Shown here piece after piece: positions 10,713 to 23,175 of a stretch of DNA of 64,000 bases (positions are counted from its first letter, which is position 1; every line of letters begins with the position of its first letter). Made by a program: the position numbers and the translations under genes. This stretch comes from Octopus sinensis (taxonomy: Eukaryota). The notes under the pieces are model-generated. The model was not told the DNA's origin. It did no database searches and saw only the letters and a program-made list of their open reading frames with translations. The DNA is taken from assembly GCF_006345805.1 (NCBI RefSeq), contig NC_043001.1:132122001-132186000 (forward strand), written 5' to 3'.

Positions 10713-11668
10713 AATTGAAGTGCTGTGCATTGATGTAAGGAAATAGTAATAATATCTACACCCAAGTAAAAATACCAGGCAAGGACCTTTTAGAAATTAA
10801 GAACCAGATGGAAAAAGTTGATAATAAAAGTTAAAAAATAAATAGTGAAAAGTAAAATGAAGGCAAATAAATATCACAAATGAATAAATTGACTTGGTAT
10901 GGGAAAAGGGGATGGAGAACATACTAATGACCATACTTACATTCATACACACACATATTGGATTCAAATTATGGCACAAGATTTCTGTGCTCAACTGCTG
11001 CTTACTCTATCGACCCCAAAAAGATGAAGAGTAAAGTCAACCTCAGTGGAATTTGAACTCAGAACATACATATAGGTGAAATGCTGCTAAGCATTTCGCC
11101 CAGTATGGTAATAATTCTACGAGCTCACTGTTTACATACATACATATTACATACATTACATACATGATTACCTAATTAACATGCACACATACATTCATAT
11201 ATATATGTACATATGTATAGATATTACATACATGCGCGAGAAGAATATTTAATTTTAGCTAGAATTACATCTCCACTCTATGACTTACATTAAAAATTGC
11301 TTCAAACTATGGGAGTAAAAATTAAAAGTTTTGTAAATACAATACAAGATATCTAATATCAACTGGGTTTTAACTTTTAAACTATACTTTGTATTGAACA
11401 ATGAATGATTAATCTTACCGTCATAAGAAAAAAAAGCATGCCTACACTAAGAAGTAGAGAAAAGAAGATACTATATATATAGTATCTCACACAAGATACT
11501 ATATATATATTAATAACTAGGCTAATTGAAGCTACAATTTCCTTTAACATCACCACCACCAACAGAGCCTTTAAACTGTTCCCAACGGTGGTACTAATAA
11601 ATGATTCATATATTCAGGAGAGCTACAAAATATAGAGTCAGTCTATTTTTGTATTCATTCATTTTCAG

Positions 11669-11711
11669 TATACCTGAGAAAGTTGATTGCCATTTCTATC
11701 AGTTGTCTTAT
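11669..11711 (+). CDS. Candidate exon of the plus-strand gene
   Basis: Acceptor ttcattttcag, donor TAT|gtaagt, 43 nt, frame YLRKLIAISISCL; joins 11795 in frame across an 83-nt intron. Confidence 0.55.
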
Positions 11712-11794
11712 GTAAGTTAGAAAACCAAAGTGCTGAACTCTAGGTACATCTCTTGTTGTTTGCACAACCTGAAATAATGATTTTATACTAACAG

Positions 11795-11960
11795 GTATAC
11801 ATGGATGCTAGATGATGCGGCCAAGGCAGGTCCTAATAAATGGCAAGAAAATCTTGGATTTTTTTATAGTACTGCTTTAGTACCAGAAGATACAAGAAGA
11901 ATGAGATCTCCTATGATTCATAATAATTTTACTTCAGACCAAGTTGGAAGTTCACATCAA
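11795..11960 (+). CDS. Candidate exon of the plus-strand gene, product unknown
   Basis: Acceptor ttttatactaacag; open frame YTWMLDDAAKAGPNKWQENLGFFYSTALVPEDTRRMRSPMIHNNFTSDQVGSSHQ. It ends at a weak donor (CAA|gttaat) or at the stop at 11978. Confidence 0.6.
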
Positions 11961-13214
11961 GTTAATGTTTTTATTTGAAGCATTAGAACTAAGAGAATAA
12001 TTTCATGATGGGTCATACAAAAAAGAACCCCACAAAACTAAACAAAAATAAACAAACAGTTTGCTAGAAGCTTCAATAACAAGAATATCAGACTGCCTCA
12101 TGAATCCTAAAGTTCATTGTAGTTGATGAGGGCAAATACCTTTAGCAAAGATATTAAACTAGAAAGCAACTTTGCTATATTTCATATTTATTCTATGTAA
12201 TTCTAAAGACAATTAAGAGTTGTACATGTCATATAATATTGCAGAACTTATTTCTAATAATTAGAAAATAATAAATATTCAAAAATATTTCAAAAATATT
12301 TCAAAATAAATCCTTGTACATGCAATATAAAATAAAATTTAAAATTGAAATGTCCTCCTTATATATAGAAATTACTTCAGTAGGAAAATGCTAGCAGCCT
12401 CTTAGATATTAACTATATCTTTAGCTTGGTTTATAACAACATATACACAATATATATAAAATGGCAATCAGCACCATAATTATCTATTACAATGTTTAAA
12501 TGGCAGTTGATAGCTATGAGCAGAATTTCCCCTTTTTTCTTAGTATATTTACTGTTCACTTATCTTCACCCAATTCAAACTCATTATTGCTCTAACAGAA
12601 AATCTTATAAGATTTTATTAAAACATTCTGCCAAGAAAACTGCAAACAATTATCACACAAAGCAGCCTAAAGTGGTCATTTACAATAACAGGAAATGAAC
12701 TTTATGATGGATACTAAAAAAATAAACAAAAAGAAGACCTCAATATAATCTTTCTTTCAGCAATTGTGTCTTTTATTTATTTTTCAGTGTTAAAAAATAT
12801 ATATATATTTGAACAATGCTAGCAAACTGTAATTAAAAAAACTTTCATTACCAATAGCTAGGAAGGAAGAGAGTTTAGACGTATATATATACATAGACCA
12901 AATCAATAAAACAGTTGAGAGATTTTGTTTTGAAGAAAAATTATTGAAACAGCATAGACTTTTAAAGATATTGCATATAGATATATTCAAATTAATTAAT
13001 TTTGGAAAATGTCCAAATATTATCTGGACTTTTTCTAAGACATTTACTTAATCCTCTCTTCAGACTTAATGTAACCTCTACAATTTGAAGTTAACAAATG
13101 TATTAGTCCAGACAAGATTCCAGTTATAATTATTTGGCTTTATTATAACATTTGCATGTCAAGTTTATAAATTTTCTGTATTTCTTTAATTATGAAAAAC
13201 CAAACATGTCAACA

Positions 13215-13626
13215 GGCGCAGGAGTGGCTGTGTGGTAAGTAGCTTGCTAACCATCCACATGGTCCCCGGTTCAATCCCAATGCATGGCATCTTGGGCAAG
13301 TGTCTTCTGCTATAGCCCCGGGCCGACCAATGCCTTGTGAGTGAATTTGGTAAATGGAAACTGAAAGAAGCCTGTCGTATATATGTATATATGTATATAT
13401 ATGTATGTGTGCTTGTGTTTGTGTGTCTGTGTTTGTCCCCCTAGCATTGCTTGACAACCGATGCTGGTGTGTTTATGTCCCCGTCACTTAGCGGTTCGGC
13501 AAAAGAGACCGATAGAATAAGTATTGGGCTTACAAGTCCCGGGGTTGATTTGCTCAACTAAAGGCGGTGCTCCAGCATGGCCACAGTCAAATGACTGAAA
13601 CAAGTAAAAGAGTAAAAGAGTAAGAG
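13215..13626 (+). mobile_element. SINE family A, full length
   Basis: GGCGCAGGAGTGGCTGTGTGG head, internal (TA)/(TG) tract, (GAGTAAAA)n tail. Confidence 0.95.
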
Positions 13627-14302
13627 TATGTCAATGCTATTTCATTTAGTATTTGAGCACTACCTACACAACAACTATCATAACAGCATTTGATAAAACA
13701 GTTTTTGATTTAAAATTGAATATAACCTTTTTATAATTTTTTTTAAATGTTCTGTTCTGTATCATATCTTAATGGATAAATAAAATGTAATTATAAGAAA
13801 AGAGGACAGTTAGTTAGGGCTTAGTACCAGAGTAACAGTAGTACTACTTTAGTAGAGCAATATGGGATTATGAATAAAATACATAAAATAATTGGGTGAG
13901 GAAGAAGAAGAAAAGTGATACTGATAATGAAAAGGAAAATATAAAAGGGATAAAACGAATAAAATTCTTATGAATTATCTGAAAAATATATTACATTAAT
14001 AAAGGTCAGAAAAAGACAGAAGTGAGAATGCAATACAGCTGTGATAAGATGGAATGAGAGGGGAGGGATAATAAAAAGGTGGGGAAAATATAAATATTAA
14101 AGAAGCTAGAAAAGTACAAGGCACTTCCTTTTTAATCTCTATTGATTTCTTTCACACTAGAAAAATTATCATTTACTTTTATATTTCTAAGTCATTTTCA
14201 ATTTTCATTTATTTCTTCCAATCTTATTTTCTTAACCTTAGACAATTTTTACATTTTCTATAGAGACATATAGTGTACAATTTAAATAAGGCTAATTCTT
14301 AC

Positions 14303-14387
14303 AGCTGGCAATGTTGTTATAGATACCAAATAGCTCTGATCTCCATCTACTTTCATCTGACATGCTTGGAAGATAAGCTATTTGATA
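14303..14387 (-). CDS. Candidate internal exon of the minus-strand gene
   Basis: Acceptor aattttctgcttag, donor GCT|gtaaga, 85 nt, only one open frame YQIAYLPSMSDESRWRSELFGIYNNIAS (phase 0 to 1); joins 8151 in frame. Confidence 0.55.
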
Positions 14388-16344
14388 CTAAGCAGAAAAT
14401 TTTACATGCAAGCACACTCCAGGTTTACATAGGCTGCATTCAAGAGGACTGAAAGAGTACATTGTCTTTGGTGCAGAACAATACTGTTGGGAATAGCTTT
14501 TGATTGATTCTTACATGAAATGGTACATTGCAGGAAATGATGCTCAGAAGGAAACTTTAACAAACTCATTTATATAAACTTTGACTCTGTGCTGAAAAAC
14601 CCGAAGTGAAGTTGACTAATCTAGATAGAATGGTTCAGGACAAAGAGTACATTTTAGATCTAGGAATTTTAAATTTAATGACATTCAAATAGCTGAGAAA
14701 AGAAAAAGAAAAAAGGAGAGAGAGTAAAAAATAATATGAGATGGAAGGAGGGAGAGAGAGAAAAAGGATAGTTGTAGTAATATTGAAGAAATGGGTAGTG
14801 AGTAACAAGATATTGATGTTATAATGATGGTGGTACTACTGACATATCTTGAAAAGGACTAGACTAAGCACTACAATGCATTAACAATTGGAGGCATCTG
14901 TGCACGCTAGCTCCCCAAGATGTATCAAGCCAGGCAGAGTTGTTTTCTTCATTCATTTCTCTTCATATCCTTGCAGGTGGCTACAGTTGATTTCTATTGC
15001 CTTTCTTCCTTTATTTCTTCTTTATATCCACATACTATCTCCTACCACCCAATAATACAGAAAAAAAAACATCACTGTCCTTCTCTCCTCCTTGTCATAT
15101 TTTCTCTTTACAGCCTTTGATTTTCCATGTATAAAATATATATAATTTTTTTATATTTCCCTCCCTCTCCCTCTTCCTCTCCCTCACTCTCTCTCTCAGT
15201 TCATCTCTCTTTCTAGTTCCCATCCCTGCTGCTGCTGCTTTCTTTCAATTTCCTTTTACTCCTGGTCTGTTTTCTCTTTCTTCTGCATCTTCTCTTATCC
15301 TTTTATTTATATTTCTTCTCATCCCTTTCTCTCTTTTAACCCCCACTACTGTCCTACACACCAACTTCTCTTTCCCTCTCACTCTCATTTGGTTTCTCAT
15401 TTTCACTCCTCTCCTTTTCTTGTCATTTTCATCTCCCTTTTATTATAGCATTTATTACTAAACTATAACCAAAGACCATATTCTATAATACACTATTATA
15501 TTAGGGAAATAGTACATAGTACATGTTATGTAGATTATGATGTTTGTTTTGGGACTATGTTATCAGGAAAATTTAAATCTAAATTTCAGTAGGAATGAAT
15601 ATGGAGAAAATTTTTTATCAAGCTAAAGCCTAAAATACGATAAAATTAAAATATTGAATACTCAAGTTCAATGTATTTATAGCACTTTATTTAATGTATT
15701 GAAATGGAAATATTATATGAAAACATACTATGGTTTATCTTAAAAGATGACCATAAAATAAGAAAATTTATAATTACAAATACTTATTCATTAATAGGAA
15801 GCAGACTTTAATAATTTAATATTTAAACTATAAAAAAGTGCATCATATTGATTACATCTAAGACAAAGATATAGTTATATTGCAAAAAGATAATATAATA
15901 TAAATATCTTGGATATAATAATTTTCTTTTCTTTTTAAAGCAGATTATCCTATGTTGTTTATCAGAATTTCAATTCACTAATCTTTGTAAATTAAAAGAA
16001 AACTAGTCTAATTATACTTCTGAACAATATTCTTATGCAGCTTTACATAGTCTTTGAAGAATATTTTATGAAGTTTTATTAAAAATAATTAATCCCAAAT
16101 GAAAGTTACTTTGAATTCAATCTAAAATTGTATGAAATAATCCCTTTTTCAAAATCTTTCTTTTGCTATCCATAAAGTGGTTATGTCTGAGGAGCAATGA
16201 TCGCTTTAAACTATCATTAATACTCTACCCATAAAAATTATCTATTAATTCTCAAACTAAGCTTGGATGTATCAACACGACTGAAGAAAACTACCTCTGA
16301 AGATATACACATATTTCATAAAGTTATGGCAATGCCTCTTCATC

Positions 16345-16565
16345 GTCATCCTCATCATCATCATTTAACGTCTATTTCTCATACTGGCATGGGTTGGATT
16401 GTTCAATAGAAGCTGAGAAGCCAGAGAGTGACACAAGGAGCCAGTTGTCTTTTTTGGCATGGTTTCTACACCTGGCTGCCCTTCCTAGCACCAATCACTT
16501 TACAGAGTGTACTAGGTGCTTTTTACATGGTGCCAGGACAGTTTTTTTTTATGTAGCACCTGCAG
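16345..16565 (-). mobile_element. Family C repeat, diverged
   Basis: CATCATTTAACGTC...GGCATGGGTTGG...TTTCTACACCTGG...CCCTTCC. Confidence 0.8.
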
Positions 16566-16917
16566 GGCTGACAAGTAGCATGCACAACAACAAAAAATCT
16601 CTCAGCTGAGAGAGGGAACCAAATGACCATGAACCAGGTGAGAGGTTACAGTTAATATTTTTTTAAGATTTGCTGAAATGAAGTTATTCAAGTAATTAGT
16701 AGACTAAACTCCTTATCATAATGTTTGAAATTTAAAAGCAATGAGATAGCTAACAATATCATTTAACTGGAAAGTTTGAGGAAAATATACAAAATATATC
16801 ATATGAACAGATAATCTAGTTTTTTTTATCTAAATGACAAAGGTAACAGACATGTTTCAGTGTTATTAGATCTCCTCAGAGAAGTATATTTTACATACTT
16901 TGGCAAGACTAAGAATG

Positions 16918-16923
16918 GTCTAT

Positions 16924-16978
<55 letters not shown>

Positions 16979-16996
16979 CTTATCTATCTATCTATC

Positions 16997-17044
<48 letters not shown>

Positions 17045-17051
17045 TATACAT

Positions 17052-17130
<79 letters not shown>

Positions 17131-17135
17131 ATATG
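16918..17135. repeat. (TCTA)n followed by (TA)n microsatellite
   Basis: Seen directly. Confidence 0.97.
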
Positions 17136-18618
17136 TATAGGAAGAGAGAAAGAGAAAAGCAGAAAGAGAGAGAAAGACAGAGGAATAGATGGGATTTAGT
17201 GATGCCAGTTATTAATTACAATATGACTAAGGAAATCAACTCAGCAGAGTATTCTGCATACTAAATGAAAATACTTTTATTAATCCTATCAACTAAAATT
17301 TATAGAATCTCTTTCTATTTTCCTCTCCTTCTAACTCTTTCTGGTAAATATTTTTCTTGGCTAAACTAAATATCAAGTAAAATGAGAATTTTTTCCGAAT
17401 CGGTTTAAACAAGAAAATTTAATATAATTTTATTATAATTTAAAAGTAATTCCAACTAAGTAATACATATTCTTACAAACTTCAACCCAAACACCATAGC
17501 ACTACAGCAGAGCTTAGAATGTTAGTAACTCAGCTGTGTGGAATTTAGAGAATTTTAAAGAGGAGAAAATATTTCAAATTCAAAAAGTTCGGAAAACAAA
17601 CAAAAAGCAACCTGTCTCATATGCTAAATGCAAAGGTAAACAAGTCATTGGATAGTGGAAGATCTGGGGGCAAGAATAACATAATGAAAAGCAGTTTGCA
17701 ACATTCTAGCTTATTTACATAACGATTTCTCTTGAGAGTGAAATCTTAATGAAATATTTAACAGTAGTAATAGAGATACTGGTGGCTGTTGTAATTACAG
17801 TAATAGTGGCAGCAGTAGTATGAGCAATAGTAGTGAGTGACATGGTAGTAATTAGTGGAGGTGTGGTAGGAGTGAGAATGATTGCAATGGTAGTAGGAGC
17901 AGTGTCTGTTATAGTGAGAACAGCAGTGGCTGGGATGGTATTTGGTAATGACAATGATGCTGCTGTAGTTATAGGACCTAGAACAGTAAAAGAAAGGGTG
18001 AACATGTTTAGAGAGACTATATAACATTTAGTAAACACTGTTCTTAGCTGCATGGCGAAAGCAAACTACTAAAAGTCAAATATTTTCTGTTATGAAGTTG
18101 TAGAATATTGAAGAAACAGATATAATCAGGTGTGTTGGCAGTGAATTTATTTGCTGAAGATAGATTTATATTCAAGATATTATGTCAATTTATTGTTTCA
18201 CTGATTAAATCTCAAACTAGCTAATTAATGAATTATAACATTGATGAGTTCCTAAATCTTTAATTATTATTTTTTTTATCCAATTTTAGCTCTTCATTTT
18301 GCATTTATTATCAACACAACAACATCTTTCTCATAATGAAGCATTTTCTATATTTTCCAATTAAACTGAGTTTAGGCTGCCAAAGGTAGAAAAATATACT
18401 CATACCATTTAATTTCAGCTTGTTTCTCTTTTAATCAATACTGTTTTGTAAAATAACTAATAAATGAAGACAATTTGCATTAATTTATTTGTCTATTTGC
18501 TTAGGAATATTTTTGAAAAATTTAAAAGAGAATATATAATTAATGAAAGTTACTTATGCTAGGAAATTGATACGATATTAATTCTTTTTTCTGATTTTAT
18601 TCTTTCTGTTTTCTTTAG

Positions 18619-18660
18619 GACATTTTAAGAATGGATTGATTCTGTATAAAACAGAGCTTT
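18619..18660 (+). CDS. Weak candidate exon (42 nt, symmetric phase 1)
   Basis: Acceptor tttctgttttctttag, donor TTT|gtaaga, frame HFKNGLILYKTEL. Confidence 0.35.
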
Positions 18661-19244
18661 GTAAGATATTTTACATAATAAAATTCTTTATATAAAAGAA
18701 ATGAAGATTATAGGGATTAAAATGCCAACAGGATTAAAATGATGTGAATTCCAATGACACTAATTAGACCAAATATCAGCGAAATGTACATGATATTTAA
18801 TCTTAGAAAATTAATAACTTTTCTAGACTAACAGTTATGTGTTAAATAATAAAGCTACTAATTCTTATTTTTGACTTATGTAAAGGTTTACTAATTCTTT
18901 ATACTATTTCTTAATGAAGTCTGCATTTTAACACTAAGAATGTATAAAATTATTAAAATTTTCGATTTGATATTAATAATTATTCCTTAATAAAACATGG
19001 GAAAAAATCACTAGTAATGAAATAGACAGATTCTTAGAGGATTGAAGTTGAAAGCTACATTCACCAAATACTATCAATATTGCAAAATATATGAAGATGG
19101 CATTAAAAAAATAGAACTTTTCAATTTGAATAAGAATACATTTTAAAAATTCTGTATTCTTTAAATGATATTTTCCTAATACATAATTAATTTTAGTTTA
19201 ACTGCAGTATATCAAATTAACATGAAAACAAATTATAGCCTTAC

Positions 19245-19276
19245 TTGAATGTTTCTTTTAGTAAAAATTTTCAGAA
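19245..19276 (-). CDS. Weak candidate micro-exon of the minus-strand gene
   Basis: Acceptor taatttcttatcag, donor CAA|gtaagg, frame LKIFTKRNIQ ending in phase 0 (compatible with 14387); could be chance. Confidence 0.25.
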
Positions 19277-19597
19277 CTGATAAGAAATTACATATTTAAG
19301 AATGTTTGCTAAAATTAGTTCTCATTCATATAAATACAAGTTCATTTTGTACAGGTTACACAAGGTAACTTGCTTAACTCTTAAAACCAACAAGTATGTA
19401 AATTCTTTCTTGATTAGGCAGGGAGCTAAATCAATTTTATTTCATTAATTAAAGCCAAGGTAGAGTCAACTAAATTGAAACATGTTTCTAACATGTTATG
19501 GAGTTGTTATGAAGGGTAGAGTTGAGTTGATATAACTGTTGTGAAGTAGACGTTACAACAGCTAGGTAATGAATTAGATATTATAATCTTTTATCTT

Positions 19598-20135
19598 TCA
19601 CTTGTTTCAGTCATTAGACTGTGGCCACACTGGGACAGTACCTTGAAGAATTTAGTCAAATAAATCTACCCCAGTACATATTTTCTTTTCAAAGTTTGGT
19701 ATTTATTTTATGGGTTTCTTTGCCAAAATCACTAAGTTACAGAGATGTAAACAAACCCACACCAGTTGTCAAACAGTGGTGGGAGACAAAAACACAGACA
19801 CATATGTATACCTATTTCTTTATTACCCACAAGGGGCTAAACTCAGAGGGGACAAGCAAGGACAGACATAGGTATTAAGTCGATTACATCGACCCCAGTG
19901 CGTAACTGATACTTAATTTATCGACCCTGAAAGGATGAAAGGCAAAGTCAACCTCGGCGGAATTTGAACTCAGAATGTAAGTTCAAATTCCGCCAAGGTT
20001 GACTTTCATATGTACACCACAGACTTCTACACCATTTCCATCTACCAAATTCATTCACAAACCATTGGTCAGCCTAAGGTTATAGCAGGGGACTGAAACC
20101 ATGTGGCTGCAATGTAAACTACTTAACCATACGAC
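19598..20135 (-). mobile_element. Nested SINE A (3' half), SINE B with fold-back, and SINE A-like 5' remnant
   Basis: Family A at 19598-19805, family B at 19805-19980, inverted copy at 19980-20006, A-like sequence at 20020-20135. Confidence 0.8.
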
Positions 20136-20279
20136 CATGCAGGCATACAATCTGAAGTTTTACTTTTTCAGTTATTTCTTGAGACAAAAAAATTATTAAG
20201 TTTTATTTTCTCCATTTCACTATTAGGTTAAACTTAAAGTCTACCACAATCAGCTATTTATATACTTTTGAAATTTATA

Positions 20280-20686
20280 GTGGCTGTGTGGTAAGTAGCT
20301 TGCTAACCAACCACATGGTTCCAGGTTCAGTCCCACTGCATGGCACCTTGGGCAAGTGTCTTCTACTATAGCCTCGGGCCGACCAATGCCTTCTGAGTGG
20401 ATTTGGTAGACGGAAACTGAAAGAAGCCTGTCGTATATATATGTATATATATATATGTATGTGTGTGTGTGTTTGTGTGTCTGTGTTTGTCTCCCTAGCA
20501 TTGCTTGACAACCGATGCTGGTGTATTTACGTCCCCGTCACTTAGCGGTTCGACAAAAGAGACCGATAGAATAAGTACTTGGGCTTACAAAGAATAAGTC
20601 CCGGGGTCGATTTCCTCGACTAAAGGTGGTGCTCCAGCATGGCTGCAGTCAAATGACTGAAACAAGTAAAAGAGTAAAAGAGTAAA
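20280..20686 (+). mobile_element. SINE family A
   Basis: Near-full consensus with (GAGTAAAA)n tail. Confidence 0.93.
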
Positions 20687-21369
20687 GGTGGTTTGGCTCC
20701 TCCATGCTACAATTTCTTTTGTTTTAATGTATTGTCTCAAATCAAGTCACTTGCTTGAAAAGTGACTTGAGATGAAACCAAAATTTCAACATACTTATAT
20801 TACTTGATTATGATAGCAGTATCTTCAAACCATGTTTACTATTATAAATATTTTTCTTGGTGAACAAAAATGTTAAAAAACTAAATGAGCATTATTTTCT
20901 ATTTTTATTCAGCACCATAACAGAAAATATATACTTATATTTTTTTACTTGCTTCAGTCATTGGTCTGTGGCCATGCTGGGGTACATTGAAAGGTTTAGT
21001 TGACTGAATCCCAACTTATATTTTAACTCTGCTACTTACTCAGTAAGTCATCTTCTACTGAACTACTAGCTTATAATAATTAAATCCTACCTGTAGCTGA
21101 TTAATAAGATATATTATGTTTGCTGGTCCTTTCTTACACGTTGGAAAATTGCAGAAGTTTTGAGGTATAATGTAGGTAAAGAAAATATTCAAATTACCAT
21201 ATTTTAGAATTAAAATTATTTGTGTGCAAAGAAATATTTCAGGCAATCTTTTATGATAGTAGTTTTGGAGGAAAAAAAAGTTATTTAAGTTGTGTAAATT
21301 TTCATTTTTTTTAATGTTAATTTATCATAACACTGAATTTTTTTGAAGAGGCATATAGGTATAATTATA

Positions 21370-21637
21370 GTTAAGGGCTACTGTAAATGACCATTGCCAA
21401 TGCTAGAAATAGGTGTCAAATACCTACAATCCAGTCTACAATTTGTTCTCTATATTCAACCACAGATACAAACGAAAGAGAATGAGCAAAAAAATACAAA
21501 AAATATTGGATAATTCTAATTGTATTTTCTTGCTCATTCCCTCACATCCGTACTTGTGGTTGAATATAGAGACTAGATTCTAGGTATTTTACACCTCATT
21601 CTAGCATTGGTGATGGTCATTTACAGTAGCCCTTAAC
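21370..21637. mobile_element. MITE with long TIRs, TTAA-flanked, Kolobok-like termini
   Basis: TTAA|GGGCTACTGTAAATGACCA ... TGGTCATTTACAGTAGCCC|TTAA; imperfect arms pair for about 130 bp. Confidence 0.75.
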
Positions 21638-21690
21638 AATAATCACACCGCTATAATAATATATGTAAAAAAATTAATGCTATTAAAATA

Positions 21691-21831
21691 GGTGCAGGAG
21701 TGGCTGTGTGGTAAGTTCCAGGTTCAGTCCCACTGTGTGGCACCTTGGGCAAGTGCCTTCTACTATAACCTCGGGCCGACCAAAGCCTTGTGAGTGGATT
21801 TGGTAGATGGAAACTGAAAGAGCCTGTCATA

Positions 21832-21863
<32 letters not shown>

Positions 21864-22151
21864 CATACATATATATGACAGGCTTCTTTCAGTTTCCATC
21901 TACCAAATCCACTCACATATATATGTATGTGTGTGTATATGTTTGTGTGTCTGTGTTTGTCCTCCCAATATCGCTTGATACTGGTGTGTTTACGTCCCTG
22001 TAACTTAGCAGTTTGACATAAGGGACTGATAGAATAAGTACTAGGCTTACAAAAAATAAGTCCTGGGGTCGATTTGCTCTACTAAAAGGCGGTGCTCCAG
22101 TATGGCTGCAGTCAAATGACTGAAACAAGTAAAAGAGTAATAGAGTAAAAG
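21691..22151 (+). mobile_element. SINE family A with internal inverted duplication
   Basis: 21789-21838 is repeated in reverse at 21867-21917, then the normal 3' half resumes. Confidence 0.92.
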
Positions 22152-22224
22152 AATTACCTATACGGTCATTTTTAAGTGCTAGGCCACTGATATAATCATT
22201 TTATGTGTATATATATATATATAT

Positions 22225-22437
22225 GTTAATCCAAACAAGAAAGCACAAAAAAACACAACAATGCGAGGACGTGGAACAAATATAGTATTATGGGACGCTC
22301 AGAAAAGAAGGAAAGAAGGTGGGTTTAACGTTTTGAGCAGAGCTCTTCGGCGGAAACATAGGAAAAGGAAAGATCCAGAGAAGGGAAGACAGAGGAAAAA
22401 AATCGCCAACGGTACACACACTGTCATATACATTCTC
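22225..22437 (-). mobile_element. Penelope-like terminal-repeat remnant with decayed hammerhead
   Basis: Related to 42333-42430 and 46772-46965; hammerhead-like motif at 22323-22357. Confidence 0.55.
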
Positions 22438-22544
22438 AAACTGACAAATATCAGGCATCTTCAAAAGAAAATTAAAAATGTTAGTGAAAATTTTTTGTCC
22501 AAACCACTCTTAAATAATTTTTTCTGTTATAGATATGAGGAGTG

Positions 22545-23175
22545 AAAATTTTGTTGGAGTTGGCTAGCTGATTACATTGAGCTCAGTTCTTGGCTGGTAC
22601 TGATTTTGCTGACTCTGAAAGGATGAAAGGCAAAGTCGTCCTTGGCAGGATTTAAACTCAGAATGTAAAGCCAGGTGAAATGCTGCTAAGTATTTTTCTG
22701 GCATGATAACAATTCTGTTCCACTAGCTAGCTGCCTTTAATAATAATTCTTTCTAATATTGGCACAAGGCCAGCAATTTTGAATAAACACCAAGCCAATT
22801 ACACTGACCCCAGTGCTCAAATGATACTAGAAAGGATTAATGGATAAATCAGCCTCAGTGGAATTTGAGCTCAGAAAGTCAAGAACCAGACGAAATGTCG
22901 CTAAGCATTTTCTCTGGTGCCCTAATGACTCTACCAGTACACCTCCTTTCCACTCTTAAATAATCCTTTCTACTAAAGGCACAAGGCCTGGAATTTTTTT
23001 TTGGGGGGGGGGACTAGTCGATTATATTGACCCCAGTATGTAACTGGTGCTTATTTTATTGACCCTGAAATGATGAACAGCATAGTCAATCTCAGTGGAA
23101 TTTGAACTCCAGAACATAAAGACAGATGAAATGCCACTAAGCATTTTGCCTGGCATGCTAACGATTCTCCCAACT
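22545..23175 (-). mobile_element. Three consecutive diverged SINE B-like copies
   Basis: The motif GACCCCAGT...GAAAG...GAATTTGAACTCAGAA...GAAATG...CTAAGCATTT recurs near 22580-22720, 22800-22925 and 23025-23170. Confidence 0.75.

Noticed and set aside
11795-11960. MAM-domain assignment for the plus-strand exon (W...GP...GFFY...R.RSP spacing)
   Set aside because: The resemblance is loose and the joined upstream exons do not show MAM cysteine/tryptophan spacing, so it is left unnamed.
13209-13457. Recurrent MSSNARGTNTDTQ / MLGGQTQTHK ORFs
   Set aside because: Incidental frames of SINE family A, not genes.
17715-18053. Thr-rich mucin-like ORF
   Set aside because: A degenerate (GTA/GTG/GCA) low-complexity tract open on both strands, with no convincing splice sites.
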